Shown here one piece after another: positions 1-11,337 of a DNA stretch of 64,000 nucleotides. The position numbers and the translations under genes are program-made. The notes under the pieces are model-generated. The model did not search any database and was not told where the DNA came from. It saw nothing but the letters and a program-made list of their open reading frames with translations. This DNA is from Thecamonas trahens ATCC 50062 (taxonomy: Eukaryota; Protista; Apusomonadida). The stretch spans positions 3,688-67,687 of the forward strand of contig NW_013657642.1 of assembly GCF_000142905.1 (NCBI RefSeq), given 5' to 3'. Positions within the stretch are counted from its first letter, which is position 1. Each line of letters starts with the position of its first letter.

Positions 1-700
1 TGACATGAATGTCATTCACATTTTCATGATTCGCTCTGTCACTCGTTCGATTGTTTGACATTCAATTGATGTCATTTATCATTGTCAATTGATCATTCGA
101 TTCTTTCTGTTTCTGTTCTTGTTGGCTGACCATGTTCCTTGCTCTTTGGCGTTCATGGTGTCGCAGGCTGTGATGTTGCTATTGTCTGCCCTTATGCTTT
201 GCTTTGGTTGCTATTGCTTTTGATGGTTGACTATAATCGACATGCATCCTAATTGATCATTGCCTTTGCTCTTGTTGTTGCTTTTGATCATTTTTCGTCA
301 TGCTTCAACTGTTCTTGATTCTCCTATTTTCATTGACCTTGACTTCAACATCCACCATCGGGCCTTGCTCACTACACTATCGATTCTCATCTTTGTTGTC
401 GTTAGTCATGGTCAATAGTTTTGCATGCAATGTATTTCGTGTTGACCCTGTTGTGTCGTGGTCATGGGTGATCTGGAGATCTGATCGATCAACCGCGCCC
501 TGCCTCGCCGACCTCAACGTCACCCGAGTCCATCCCATTGCCTGCTAGCTTTGTCCAGTCCCTGTTGGCCTACTCATACGTGTGCTGTGCAAGCCATGTA
601 TGATCTTTGGTTGTTGTTGTGGACGTCATTGCCTCGTTTGATGCCCGTTCCGGCTTTTCTTCAATTAATTCAACGTTCAACTCAATTAACGTCCGCCGCC
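1..700. other. AT/T-rich non-coding segment, compositionally unlike the rest of the window
   Basis: T-rich plus strand with many TCAT/TGAT/TTG words, visibly lower GC than the coding DNA, and no ORF with the window's codon usage. Confidence 0.45.
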
Positions 701-1683
701 TTCCCTCTGCCGGCCAAGTACCCGCCGCCCCTATCGCCCACTCCCCACACACACTCATCAGCCGTATCATACTCACTTTCATCAATGCTCAAGCCCAATC
801 GCCATACCTACTACCATTTCGCCCGTCACGACCCCACGTCACGACCCCCCTCATCCCCCCTACCATGCTCATTACCACCCGTCACCACAAACTACCACCC
901 CCCACCCCCTACCCCACCACCATCACTATCATCCCAGCCACAACTACCACCCACAGGTCATGGTCATGCCCTCCACCATCTCGCTGCGCACTCGGCTTCC
1001 TCTTCCTCCTCATCCTCCTCGTCTTCCCGCTCTACGTCACCTCCATCCTCATCCCCAACCCCGACACCCACACTCCCCAACCATCACGTGCCATACTGCC
1101 CATTCACCAACCAATACCAATCTCGAGCCACCCAGCGCCGACCCAGCCCCCTCTGCGCCCCTGCCTCGCCGACCACCAGCCGCCAGCCGCCGCCCGCTCG
1201 CCCGACCAGCCCACCTTCATCACCACCTAGCTCCTTCCCACTACCCGCTACACAACCGACGACCACCACCAAGGTCATCACTCACCGTGCACTATCACCA
1301 GTACCAATATCGCTGTCATCCATATCCATTTACCTCGGCCCATTTCCGCGTCGGCTTGTTTTGTCTAGGCGGTTGAGCACGCCCTCGACCGCCCGACCCC
1401 GCACACGACCCCCACCAACGTCATTGCAAGATATGGCCAATCTGATTTCACTGCTACTCTACTACATATCCACACTACCCCCTTGCACAATCTCCAATCC
1501 ACAGCTGCAGTATTCCGGAATCCGAGTTCTGCCGGCTCAGGCCCAAGTTGTTGGCCCTGTGTCCCTTCGATGCTGCTGGCCCCTCCTCCCCGGACCCATC
1601 TCCGACCCCCACTCCTGACCATGTCCACCCACAACCACCACACCCACACCACACGTACTCACTACCCCTGCAAACATAGCCAT

Positions 1684-2150
1684 TCACTCCCTGCCCGCCG
1701 ATACGCACATCAGCCGACGCCATCCCGTCAACAGCATCACGACGATGGCCGGGATCACTGTCAACGGCGCCGAGAGGAGCGAGAAGACCACCGCCAGGAA
1801 CCGGAGATCGCCCGCGCGTGGCGGCAGAACCTCGTTGGGCCACCGACTGCTGGCAGGCAGCACCTTGAGGGTCGATCTGACCAGCAGCGGTGCGATGGCC
1901 ATGCAGAGCGGCCCGAGTGTCATCATGCCGAGCGCCGAGCGCGTGAGCCCCACTAGCGACCGCAGCACAAGCCGGACCGTCATGTCCCACTGCGGCGCGC
2001 ACGCCAGGCAGATGATGTACAGCGGGGCAGCGCCGACATAGTCCGGTAGCATCGTCACAAAATGTGCCGCGCAGCGGACCACGGCCGTGACGAAGCCCGC
2101 TCCATGAAACGTGCCCACGCCACCAAATCAGCCAGCCGACGCGATCCCAT
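1684..2150 (-). CDS. possible hydrophobic/membrane protein of unknown function; model uncertain
   Basis: ORF 1684..2118 is hydrophobic with typical codons (FLAVVFSLLSAPLTVIPAIVVMLL). ATG 2150 joins it only through a one-base shift at ~2059-2062. A GTACGT donor at 1658 hints at further exons. No family recognised. Confidence 0.3.
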
Positions 2151-2235
2151 TCCATCGAAGCGTTCCTCCCCTTCTCCTTCTACTTGCCACGGCACAGCCC
2201 CGCCACTCCCGCGCACGTCACCCCCTGTCTCGTGC

Positions 2236-3910
2236 ATGCTGAGGTGGCTTCCGTCTGCACACTCACTCACACGGACCGCTCTCGCATACGCTCCCTCGCT
2301 CGCGTCGTCGTCGTCGTCCTGGCTGCCTCCCTCCACCATGTCCGCCCTCAACCCCTCGGCAGACATCACCCTCACCGAGTTTGAGTCCAAGCTGTTCAAG
2401 CTCCTGCTCGAGGTTGTCAATCAGCGGAGTCCGGAGACCGTCCTGCGCGTCGCTGGCGGCTGGGTCCGTGACAAGCTCCTCTGCAAGGAGTCGCACGATG
2501 TTGACATTGCCCTCAACAACATGTCTGGCGTCGCCTTTGCTGAGCTCCTGCAGGAGCACATGGTCGACGCCGGCATGCCCACACACTCGATTGGCAAGAT
2601 CAAGGCCAACCCGGAGCAGTCCAAGCACCTTGAGACCGCCACCATGCCGGTACTGGGCCACTGGGTCGACTTTGTCAACCTCCGCTCCGAGGAGTACGGC
2701 GAGTCGCGCATCGCCATCTCCAAGCCCGGCACTCCGCAAGAAGATGCCCTCCGCCGCGACCTCACCATCAACGCCCTCTTCTATAACATCAACACCGGCA
2801 CCGTTGAGGACTTTACCGGCTGCGGCCTCAACGACCTTGAGAGCGGTGTCATCCGCACGCCGCTGCCGCCCAAGAAGACTTTCCTCGACGACCCGCTCCG
2901 CATTCTGCGCGCCATCCGCTTTGCCTCGCGCTTCGGCTACGACCTCGTCGAGCCGGTCGTGGAGGCCATCCGTGACGACGAAGTCCGCGTTGCGCTTGCG
3001 AGCAAGGTCTCGCGCGAGCGCTTTGGCATCGAGATCGCCTCCATGCTCCGTGGCCCGGCCCCGGTCCTCTCGCTCAGCTACCTCACCCACTTTGACCTTG
3101 TCCCAATCTGCTTCAACGTTCCCGACGCGGTCACCGACGACGGCATCGACACCTTGCCACCGCCGGCCTTGCCGACGCTGCCGCCTTTTACACCCTCGCC
3201 GAGTCGGACCGTTCGCCGGGGCTGGTCTCGCTCGTCCCGTCGACCAAGCCCGACGAGCCCGAGATTATTGCCGATGGCGAGACACCGCGCGACGCGCTCC
3301 GTATCAACACCTACCTTGCTGCATTCCTTCTCCCTCGTGCGCATGTCTCTGTCCCGGGCAAAAGGGTCGCCTCACCCCGCTGGCCCAGTACCACATTGTC
3401 TCCTCTATCAAGCGCTCCAACCGCGACGCCGCCCTAGTCGCCACCCTCCACGCCGTTGCGCTTGCCTTCCGTGACGTTCTGACCGGCGCGTCTCCCGACG
3501 ATCGCGCTTCCATCGGCGCCATCCTCCGCATGGGCGCCAAGCACCACTGGGACGTTGCCCTCGCCCTCGCCGCCATCCTCCTCTTGCCCTCGAGCCCGGT
3601 CCCGGCCGTGGAGACGACTCCGACCGAGATCGCCGCCTCGTTCTCCGCCGATGCCCACCCTGACGTCTACGCCCGCTACTCGGCCATGTATGCCCGCGTT
3701 CGCGACTTCTTTGGCTCGAACCACCCGTGGGACCTCCGGCCGGCACTCTCCGGCTCCGACATCATTGCCGCGCTCAACCTCTCGCGCGGCGGGCCCATCG
3801 TCGGCGAGGTCACCCAGGCCCTCATCGCCGCCCAGCTTGCTCACCCAGACAGGTCATCTGACGACTGGCGTGCCTGGGTCGTCGACAACTTTGGCGCCCA
3901 CGCCGTCTAG
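2236..3910 (+). CDS. CCA1: class II tRNA nucleotidyltransferase (CCA-adding enzyme), with two single-base frame breaks in this assembly
   Basis: Motifs VAGGWVRDKLL, DVDIAL, DFVNLRSEEY, EDALRRDLTINALFYN, DDPLRILRAIRFASRF. Reading frame moves at ~3145-3153 and ~3353-3363 to reach the C-terminal LSGSDII..GEV region ending at TAG 3910. In-frame ATGs at 2236 and 2338. Confidence 0.92.
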
Positions 3911-4066
3911 CCCCATCGGTCACCCCCCAGCCGGCCACATTGCCACGTGAAATCCGACGCAAACACCTGCCGCCCTCTCCACTCGCTCAACTTCAAGCTA
4001 GACACCACCTCCCCATTCCTCTCCCCTCCGCCGACCCTCTCTCACCGCCCATCCCTGCACGCACAC

Positions 4067-4853
4067 ATGTCGTCCACCAGCATGTACACTCGTGCCCTTG
4101 TGGTCGTTGCTGTGGCCCTCTCGCTCTGCTTCGCCACAGTTGCTCTCCCCGGTACGTACGCTTCCCTCACCTGCTGACCTCACCGCCTGGTCGCGCACAC
4201 CACTCACACACTCTCCCCCTTCCCCTTTCGCAGTCTTTGACTCGCAGTACACCGAGGACTGCATGACCCGCAGCTTCTCACAGGAGACCATCAAGCCTGG
4301 CTTCGAGATCCCCCATGATGGCGTCCACCTCCACTCGTTCCGCTCCGCCTCGGAAGGCATTTTCCACACCGAGGTCTCCGACGTACTTCGCGACGACCGC
4401 GTCCTCATCCTCGGCGTGCCCTTTGCCATGGAGACCAGCTACCTCGCCGATCTCAAGTACTGGGCCAAGGAGCTGAAGCAAGTCCGCCGCCAGCTCGGCC
4501 TCGATCACGTCTTTGTCGTCATCGCCGGTAACCCGTACGAGGCCAATGCCATGCACGAGTCCGAGAGTCTCAACGGCGAGCCCATCGACAGCATCATGTC
4601 GTTCTGGTCAGACTCAGACATGCAGATCGCCAAGCGCCTCGGCATGGTCTACGATGCTCGTCCCGACGGCCTCGGCATCACCTCGCTCCGCTACGCCGTT
4701 CTCGTCGACCACTTTGACGTCAAGTACGTCGCCTCTGAGCCGCACCACTCCATCGACGCGGTCGCCTTCCGCAACCTCTTTGACGCCATCCAGGACCTGA
4801 TTACCAGCGGCGCCATTCCGCCACAGCTTCCCCGCGGCCACGACGAGCTGTAG
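4067..4853 (+). CDS. ER-lumenal peroxiredoxin-5/redoxin-fold protein lacking the peroxidatic Cys; exons 4067-4151 and 4234-4853
   Basis: Signal peptide (RALVVVAVALSLCFATVALP), then Prx5-like segments VLILGVPFA, GLDHVFVV, FWSDSDMQIAKRLGM, GLGITSLRYAVLVDHFDVKYVASE; ends in HDEL. Confidence 0.72.
4152..4233 (+). other. spliceosomal intron (82 nt)
   Basis: GTACGT donor, CTGAC/CTCAC branch candidates, pyrimidine tract and CAG; splicing joins the signal peptide in frame to the redoxin domain. Confidence 0.85.
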
Positions 4854-4900
4854 CTGCTAAAACCTCATCAGGCCTTTGCCTGCAAGGAAAACTGCCCTCT

Positions 4901-7021
4901 TTATTCGTCCGATGACGACGACGCGTAGTACGAGTAGTAGTACGACGACGAGGCAACAGACGTCACATCTGCCTCGGCAGACCCAAGATCGGCCGGCTCC
5001 AGCGTAGGTGCTGCCATCGAACATGTGCCCCACTCGGCGACTGCGTCGTCTTTGGCTGCCGGCACGTTGATCGAGCCTGCCGGCTGCGCCTCGAGCTCGA
5101 TGCCGTCGTCAGTCGCCATGTCGGTCGCGCTCGAGTTGCCGCTCTCCTCGCGCTTGGCCACTGCAATCGGCGGCATGTCAACCACGGCGAGAGGAAGTGC
5201 TGCGCTTGCGAATCTGCGATGCCGCGCGTCCGACCGACGCTTGGCCACAAACGCTGCCGCCACGAGCACCCCAATAACGACCAGGCAGAGAACCGCCACC
5301 ACAAACAGTATTGTCGACGACGTCTGCCCTCTCTTTGCCGGTGGAAGCGCGCCGACCTCCTGCTCCGAGATCTCCACTGTGGCCGCCTGGACCCCATAGC
5401 TGACCGTGGCCGCTAGCACTCTCACCGCCCGGATCCGTAGCCGGCGCGCACCGGCCCGGAGGACAAAAACCTCTCCAAATGTACCCGCATGCTCTCCGTA
5501 CGTCATGATAGGAAACGTCTGTCCGGCCGTGAGCGGATGGCTGCGGTCCTCAATGAGAAAGAGCGCGCCGGCAAACTCCACGCTGCCCGCCACCCGCACT
5601 GGCGCCCCCGAGGCGAGCGCGCTCGTGACCACAACCTTGAACCGCGAGCCCGTCGTCAGCGTGAGCGAGCCAGCAACAAAGCCGGCGCCGCTCGTAAGCA
5701 CCAGCTCGCCCGACGCCGCCACCAACACACTTCCGTTGACCACAAGCGAGCTGCTCGCACCAACAGTGAGCACCCCATCTGCAGTCACGACGAGCGAGCC
5801 GGACGCGCTTGCATTCCCAACCACATTGGCTCCGCCGACCACCTGCAGTGCGCCATCAGTCAGCTTACCGCTCACGTTGCCAGAGAGAACCGAGCCACTG
5901 CCGCCAGTCCCACTGGCTGTCCCTCCTGTTGCCGTTCCGCCGGTCGAAGCCCCGGTCCCGGCCGACGTCCCGCCAGTGCCACTAGCCGTCGCCGTAGTCG
6001 CGTTGCCTCCCGTCGTCGCCGTCGTCGTCGCCGTGCCTCCCGTCGTCCCGGCTGTCGTTCCTCCCGTCGACCCGGCGCTCGACTGAGTGACCGGCGTGCC
6101 GGACGAGCAAGCCGCTGAACCGCCGCCAAACGTTGTCGAGTATGCCGTCGACGAGTCTATCAGCACCGGCTTGTCGCCCTCCATTCGCGCCACCATCCAC
6201 GGCACGTACGACGAGACCCGGGTGTTGACAGCCCAGAACACCGGGTGCCCGCACGGCTGCCAACTCGACCCGCCAAACGAGGTAATACCGACCTGGACCA
6301 GCCCTCCGTCAACTGCCTTCACATACACCGGGCCACCCGAGTCACCCGTGCACGAGTCGCGCGACGAGACGCACTGCTCGCCGGCGCAGATGTGCGACGA
6401 GAGAATGGCCACGCCGTCGCTAGCGTAGTTGCTGGCACAGTCACCGTTCCGCTGGATAAGGGTATCGATCGTCTTCAGCACGGTCGGCCACACATCGCCG
6501 CCGGTGTTGGTCGCGCCCCACCCGGCGAGTGTTGCCACTGCGTAGTCCGGTGGGTCTGCCGACGCCAAACGCGCCAGCCTGACGTCCGCCCGCCCAAGAT
6601 CAACCGGCGTCGAGAGTCGAATCAGTGCCACATCGTCGTGCTCGGCCGTGTAATCGTTGTACGACGCATGCACGTGGACGAGATCGGCTTGCACAAGCTC
6701 GCTCGTGTCCGCCGTCGTCTGATCGTGTCCGCCTGGCCAGACATACAGCTGGCTCGGCGTGTTGCGCCGGTCGTACACACAGTGCGCCGCCGTCAGCACC
6801 CACCGCGCCGACAACAGCGTCCCCCCGCACATCACATCAAAGTGCAACCCGTCCACAATGCCCACAAGATCCGGGAACTGGCCAGGGCTCGCCTCGCTCC
6901 CGCCTACAATCCGCGGCGCCTCCGCCGCCACGCCTCCGCTCCCCGCCACCACCGCCGCCGCCACCACCACCACCACCGCCACCACCGCCATATTCGCCTC
7001 CCGCAGACTCGTCCTAGCCAT
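4901..7021 (-). CDS. type I membrane trypsin-like (S1) serine protease
   Basis: Signal peptide, R|IVGG activation site, LTAAHC, DVALIRL, RDSCTGDSGGP; Thr/Gly linker, beta-rich domain, TM (ILFVVAVLCLVVIGVLVAAAFV), acidic tail. Alternative ATG at 6991. Confidence 0.92.
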   Translation of the reverse strand: MARTSLREANMAVVAVVVVVAAAVVAGSGGVAAEAPRIVGGSEASPGQFPDLVGIVDGLHFDVMCGGTLLSARWVLTAAHCVYDRRNTPSQLYVWPGGHDQTTADTSELVQADLVHVHASYNDYTAEHDDVALIRLSTPVDLGRADVRLARLASADPPDYAVATLAGWGATNTGGDVWPTVLKTIDTLIQRNGDCASNYASDGVAILSSHICAGEQCVSSRDSCTGDSGGPVYVKAVDGGLVQVGITSFGGSSWQPCGHPVFWAVNTRVSSYVPWMVARMEGDKPVLIDSSTAYSTTFGGGSAACSSGTPVTQSSAGSTGGTTAGTTGGTATTTATTGGNATTATASGTGGTSAGTGASTGGTATGGTASGTGGSGSVLSGNVSGKLTDGALQVVGGANVVGNASASGSLVVTADGVLTVGASSSLVVNGSVLVAASGELVLTSGAGFVAGSLTLTTGSRFKVVVTSALASGAPVRVAGSVEFAGALFLIEDRSHPLTAGQTFPIMTYGEHAGTFGEVFVLRAGARRLRIRAVRVLAATVSYGVQAATVEISEQEVGALPPAKRGQTSSTILFVVAVLCLVVIGVLVAAAFVAKRRSDARHRRFASAALPLAVVDMPPIAVAKREESGNSSATDMATDDGIELEAQPAGSINVPAAKDDAVAEWGTCSMAAPTLEPADLGSAEADVTSVASSSYYYSYYASSSSDE

Positions 7022-7386
7022 GCCCAACCCAACTAGCACCACACTGTCTACCTCCCTTCTTGAGAGCCAAGTCAAGAGGGATGCACACACGCATACACGC
7101 ACACGCACACCGTCCTATCCCCAAGCCCGACCGTCGCCCGCCGCCCGTCGCCCGTCAGCCGACCAACTGCCAATCCTGCGAACCAACGAACGGACTAACC
7201 AGCTCCAATCCGTGGCGCATGTGACTGCCGCCAGCTTCCTCAACACCCCCCCACGACCCACCACCAGCACCACCACCACCCACTCCTCCCCCCTCCCCCC
7301 CCCCTCCTCCCTACATCCACCGGGTTACCACCTCACCACCACACGCCACACGCCACACTACATTACCTCCTGCCCTCCTTCCCACC

Positions 7387-10300
7387 AGTACGCTCCCTCT
7401 CCCCTTCCCAACCTACCGCCCCCGACCACCTCCTCCGTCCAGCCTCCACAACGCCCCCTGCCCATGCCCCTAACCCCAACCCCCCACCCAAACACCCACA
7501 TACCCACCCCACACACACGCATACCAACCCCCCACATACAGCCACCTTCCACCTCTCCCCCTACTGCACTCACCCATCCTGTCTCCTGCACCACCTTCCC
7601 TGCATCGCCCGGCCAACCCTTTTTTTTGCCCGCAACACCCCTCACCACCCTCACCGCCCTCACCCCCCCCCCCCCTACACAGTGCCGATCTTCCAAAAGT
7701 CGGTGACAGATCTGGTCCGTGGCATCCGGTCGAACAAAAAGTCCGAGAGCGAGTACATCAATGCTCAGATCGCCGCCATCAAGGAGGAGCTCAAGCAGCC
7801 ACAGCTGGTCAAGAAGGTCGTTGCCATCCAGAAGCTGACCTACCTGCAGATGATGGGCTACGACATGGCATGGGCTGCTTTTAACGTCATCGAGGTCATG
7901 TCTGCACCAAAGTTTGCCTACAAGCGCGTCGGCTACCTTGCAGCCTCGCAGTCGTTCAACCCAGAGACCGAGGTCCTCATGCTCGCCACCAACCTGTTCA
8001 AGAAGGACTTTGCCGCAGCCAACCAGTACGAGTCCGGCATGGCCATCAACTGCCTTGCCAACGTGTGCACAGAGGACCTTGCCCGCGACCTCGCCTCGGA
8101 TATTGTGGCCATGCTCAACAACTCCAAGCCGTACCTCCGCAAGAAGGCCGTCCTCGTCCTCTACAAGATCTTTCTGCAGTTCCCTGAGGCTCTCCGCCCG
8201 GCCTTCCCGCGGCTCAAGTCCAAGCTGGAGGACTCGGACGTGTCGGTCATTTCCGCCGCCGTCAACGTCATCTGCGAGCTTGCGCGCAAGAACCCCAAGA
8301 ACTACCTCTCGCTCGCCCCGGTCTTTTTCAAGCTCCTCACCGTCTCCAACAACAACTGGATGCTCATCAAGATTGTCAAGCTCCTGGGTGCACTCACGCC
8401 CCACGAGCCACGCCTCGCCAAGAAGCTCATCGGCCCGATGACCAACCTCATCAACACCACTCCTGCCATGTCGCTCCTCTACGAGTGCATCAACACCTGC
8501 ACCATCGGCCTCAACCAGCACCTGCCAGTCATCCAGCTCTGCGTCGCCAAGCTCCGCGCCTTTGTCGAGGATCCCGACCAGAACCTCAAGTACCTCGGCC
8601 TCCTTGCCCTCGGCAACATCATGGTCTACCACCCGCGGGCCGTCGCTGAGCACCGCGACCTCATTCTCAAGTGTCTTGGCGACGAGGACATCACCATCCG
8701 CACCCGCGCCCTCAACCTCATTCCGGGCATCGTCTCCAAGAAGAACCTTGTCGACATTGTCCGTACCCTCATGGCGTATGTTCCCAACGCCGAGGGCGCG
8801 TACCGCGACGCCATCGTCGCCCAGGTCATCCGCGTCTGTTCCCAGGACTCGTACGCAGCGCTCCGCGACTTTGAATGGTACATCTCCATCCTGGTCGAGA
8901 TGACCCGCATTCGGGGCACCAAGCACGGCCGCCTCATTGCCGACCAGTTCCTCGACGTCGCCATCCGCGTCCGCGTTGTCCGGCCCTACGTTGTTCAGAA
9001 CATGGTCAACCTGCTGCTTGACCCGCGCTTCCTTGCCGACAACCCCAAGGGCAAGGACTCCATCTCCGAGGTTCTCTACGCTGCCGCCTGGATTGTCGGC
9101 GAGTTTGCTGCCGAGCTCAACAACGACTACTTTGTCCGCGTCATGCAGGCCATCATGCAGCCGCGTGTCTCCACCCTCCCGCCGCGCATCCAGGGTGTTT
9201 ACCTGCAGAACGCCGTCAAGCTCTTTGCCGAGGCCGTTGCTCGCTTTGGCCTCCCCTCCGCCGCCGCCCTCACCGCCCCCGTCGACGGTGATGACGCCGA
9301 CGCCCAGCCGGCCGCCGCCCGCGGCCTGCTCATCGGCGACGCTGCTGCGCCCAACGATGAGAGCCCAACCAACGGTTCTTCGGCCCATCCGGGCCACGAA
9401 GTCACCAACGAGCTGGCCTCGGTCTTTGTCGCCCGCATTCCGGCCTTTCTGCAGTCGACAGCCGAGGACGTCCAGGAGCGCGCGTGCTCGTTCCAGCAGG
9501 TTCTCGCGGTCGTCCGCGAGGCCCTCGTTGCCGGCACCGACCCGGCCATCATTCTCCCGCAGGTCCGCGCTCTCTTCAAGGGCAAGATGAACCCGGTCGC
9601 GCCCAATGCCCAGTCCAAGGTCCCGGTCCCGGCCGGCCTCAACCTCGACGCCTGGATCAACTCGCCGCCCGACGAGGCCCTCTGGGAGTCGATGTATGGT
9701 GACCAAGCCGTCTCACTCAACGACTCGTCGGCCTGGGGCGCTTCGCCTGGCATGGACCCGGCCTTTGGCGCCGCCGACCGCTTCGTCGGCATGGGCTCCG
9801 ACACCATGTCGTACGGCTCGACGCCCGCCGGTGGCCAATCGGCCCGCTCGCACGACATCAACTACCTCGGCTCGGGCTCGTCTGACCCGCGCATCCGCGA
9901 CATCGACGTCTCGGCCATCCCTATCGAGACCCTCACCATCGGCGCCAATGGCGAGGCCCAGTTTGGCGCCTCGGGCCGCCGTCGCCGCCGCCGTCGTCGC
10001 GGCGCCGGCCTCGCCGTCAACGCGCCCGCCGTCAAGCCGGTCGAGTACCAGGTCGACACCACCTACGACATGCCCGAGGGCATCTCGCTCGAGGAGGACA
10101 ACCCCGAGTCCGAGGAGGAGGACGAGATTGCCAAGGCTCTCAACATCGACCTCTCCGCCCCGCTCGGCGCCGACGAGGTCCTCCCACAGCGCCAGCACCG
10201 CGTTGCCGGTGCGCCGTCGTCAGCCGCCGCCGCTGCACAGCCTGCCGCACAGCCGGTCACCATCGGCCGTTCCGGCCGTCGTCGCCGTCGCCGTGGCGCT

Positions 10301-11317
10301 GCCGCCGCCACCGTTGACACCGCCCAGGACGCTCCGGCAGCCCGCCAGGCGTCAACCACGTCGCTCATCGACCTCGGCGCCGGCCCGGCCTCGCCCGCGG
10401 CTCCGGCTCCTGCTCCGGCCGCGCCCGCCGCCTCGCCCATTCCCGTCGTTGACTCTTCGATGGACTCACCGGCCCCTGCACCTGCCGCCCCTGCGGGCAA
10501 GCGCCGCCGTCGTCGCCGCGGTGGTGCTGCTGCCGCTGGATCGGCCGCCGCGCCGTCGGCCACCGCCGCGTCGCCGGGTGCGGCCGCCCCGGGCGGCTTT
10601 GCGCCCAAGCCCATGCTCAAGCTGCTGTGCGGCAACCCGGAGTTCTTCATCAACTACACCGCGCAGCCGAACCTGACCCAGCCGACGCAGCTGCTTGTTG
10701 CAGTCAACTGCGCCAACGCCACCGCGGACGCTACCATCTCGGGCATCGAGTTTACGGTCCTCGACTCGATGAACATGCAGCTCATCAAGTCGCCGGGTGC
10801 CGACTCGCTCAAGACCGACATCACCCTCTTCCCGGGCGTCAACAACGTCGTCCCCATGACCTTTGCCTTCCAGTCGTTCGAGGTGGCGCAAAAGCTCAAG
10901 GGCTCGGTCTCGTACATCAAGACCATGCAATCGGGCGGATCAACGGCTGGCAACCTCGACTTTGCCTTTGAGTTCCCGCCGTCGTCGTTTGTTGTTGCCG
11001 TCCCTTGCACCGCCACAGACTTTGCCGCCATCTGCGGCGGCCCAACCGCGCACTCGGCCGCCAAGTTCACCTCGACCTCCTCGTTTACCGATGCCGTCTC
11101 GGCCATCATGGGCCTCCTCCACGTCTCGCTTGTCGACGCCTCGCCGTCGGCCGTCTCGCTCTACGGCCGTTCTGTCCACAACCACCACGTCGCCCTCCTC
11201 GTCAAGGACCTCGGCTCGGGCAACATGTCCATCGACTGCAAGTGCAGCGACGCCGGCCTCGGCTCGCAGCTCGTCGACGAGGTCGTCGCCCACTTTGACC
11301 TCCAGGTCATGTCGTAA
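7387..11317 (+). CDS. AP3D1: AP-3 complex subunit delta; start codon probably split A|TG by intron 7388-7682
   Basis: N-terminus FQKSVTDLVRGIRS, KLTYLQMMGYDMAWAAFNVIEVMS, KRVGYLAASQSF, NNWMLIKIVKL, DPDQNLKYLGLLAL; long linker and C-terminal ear domain. Confidence 0.95.
7388..7682 (+). other. spliceosomal intron (295 nt) inside the AP3D1 start codon
   Basis: CCCACCA|GTACGC ... CTCAC ... ACAG|TGCCGATC; splicing yields CCACCATG. Confidence 0.7.
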
Positions 11318-11337
11318 AACAACGTCCTCCTCCCCAC

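Noticed and set aside
700-1660. Pro/Thr/His-rich plus-strand ORFs (551..1618, 607..1230)
   Set aside because: Products of C-rich low-complexity DNA. An acidic minus-strand stretch near 964-1080 may be coding, but no consistent model could be built.
2236-3910. Calling the frameshifted genes pseudogenes
   Set aside because: Catalytic motifs and codon bias are intact on both sides, with no nonsense codons in the repaired frames; CCA addition is an essential function.
7219-7224. ATGTGA start-stop element upstream of AP3D1
   Set aside because: No evidence it lies within the transcript; single occurrence.
7358-9706. Long antisense or alternate-frame ORFs (e.g. 7358..9706, 20874..22268, 37654..39771, 60604..62409)
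   Set aside because: Shadows of real genes. Strong GC3 bias removes stops from other frames, and no family motifs are present.
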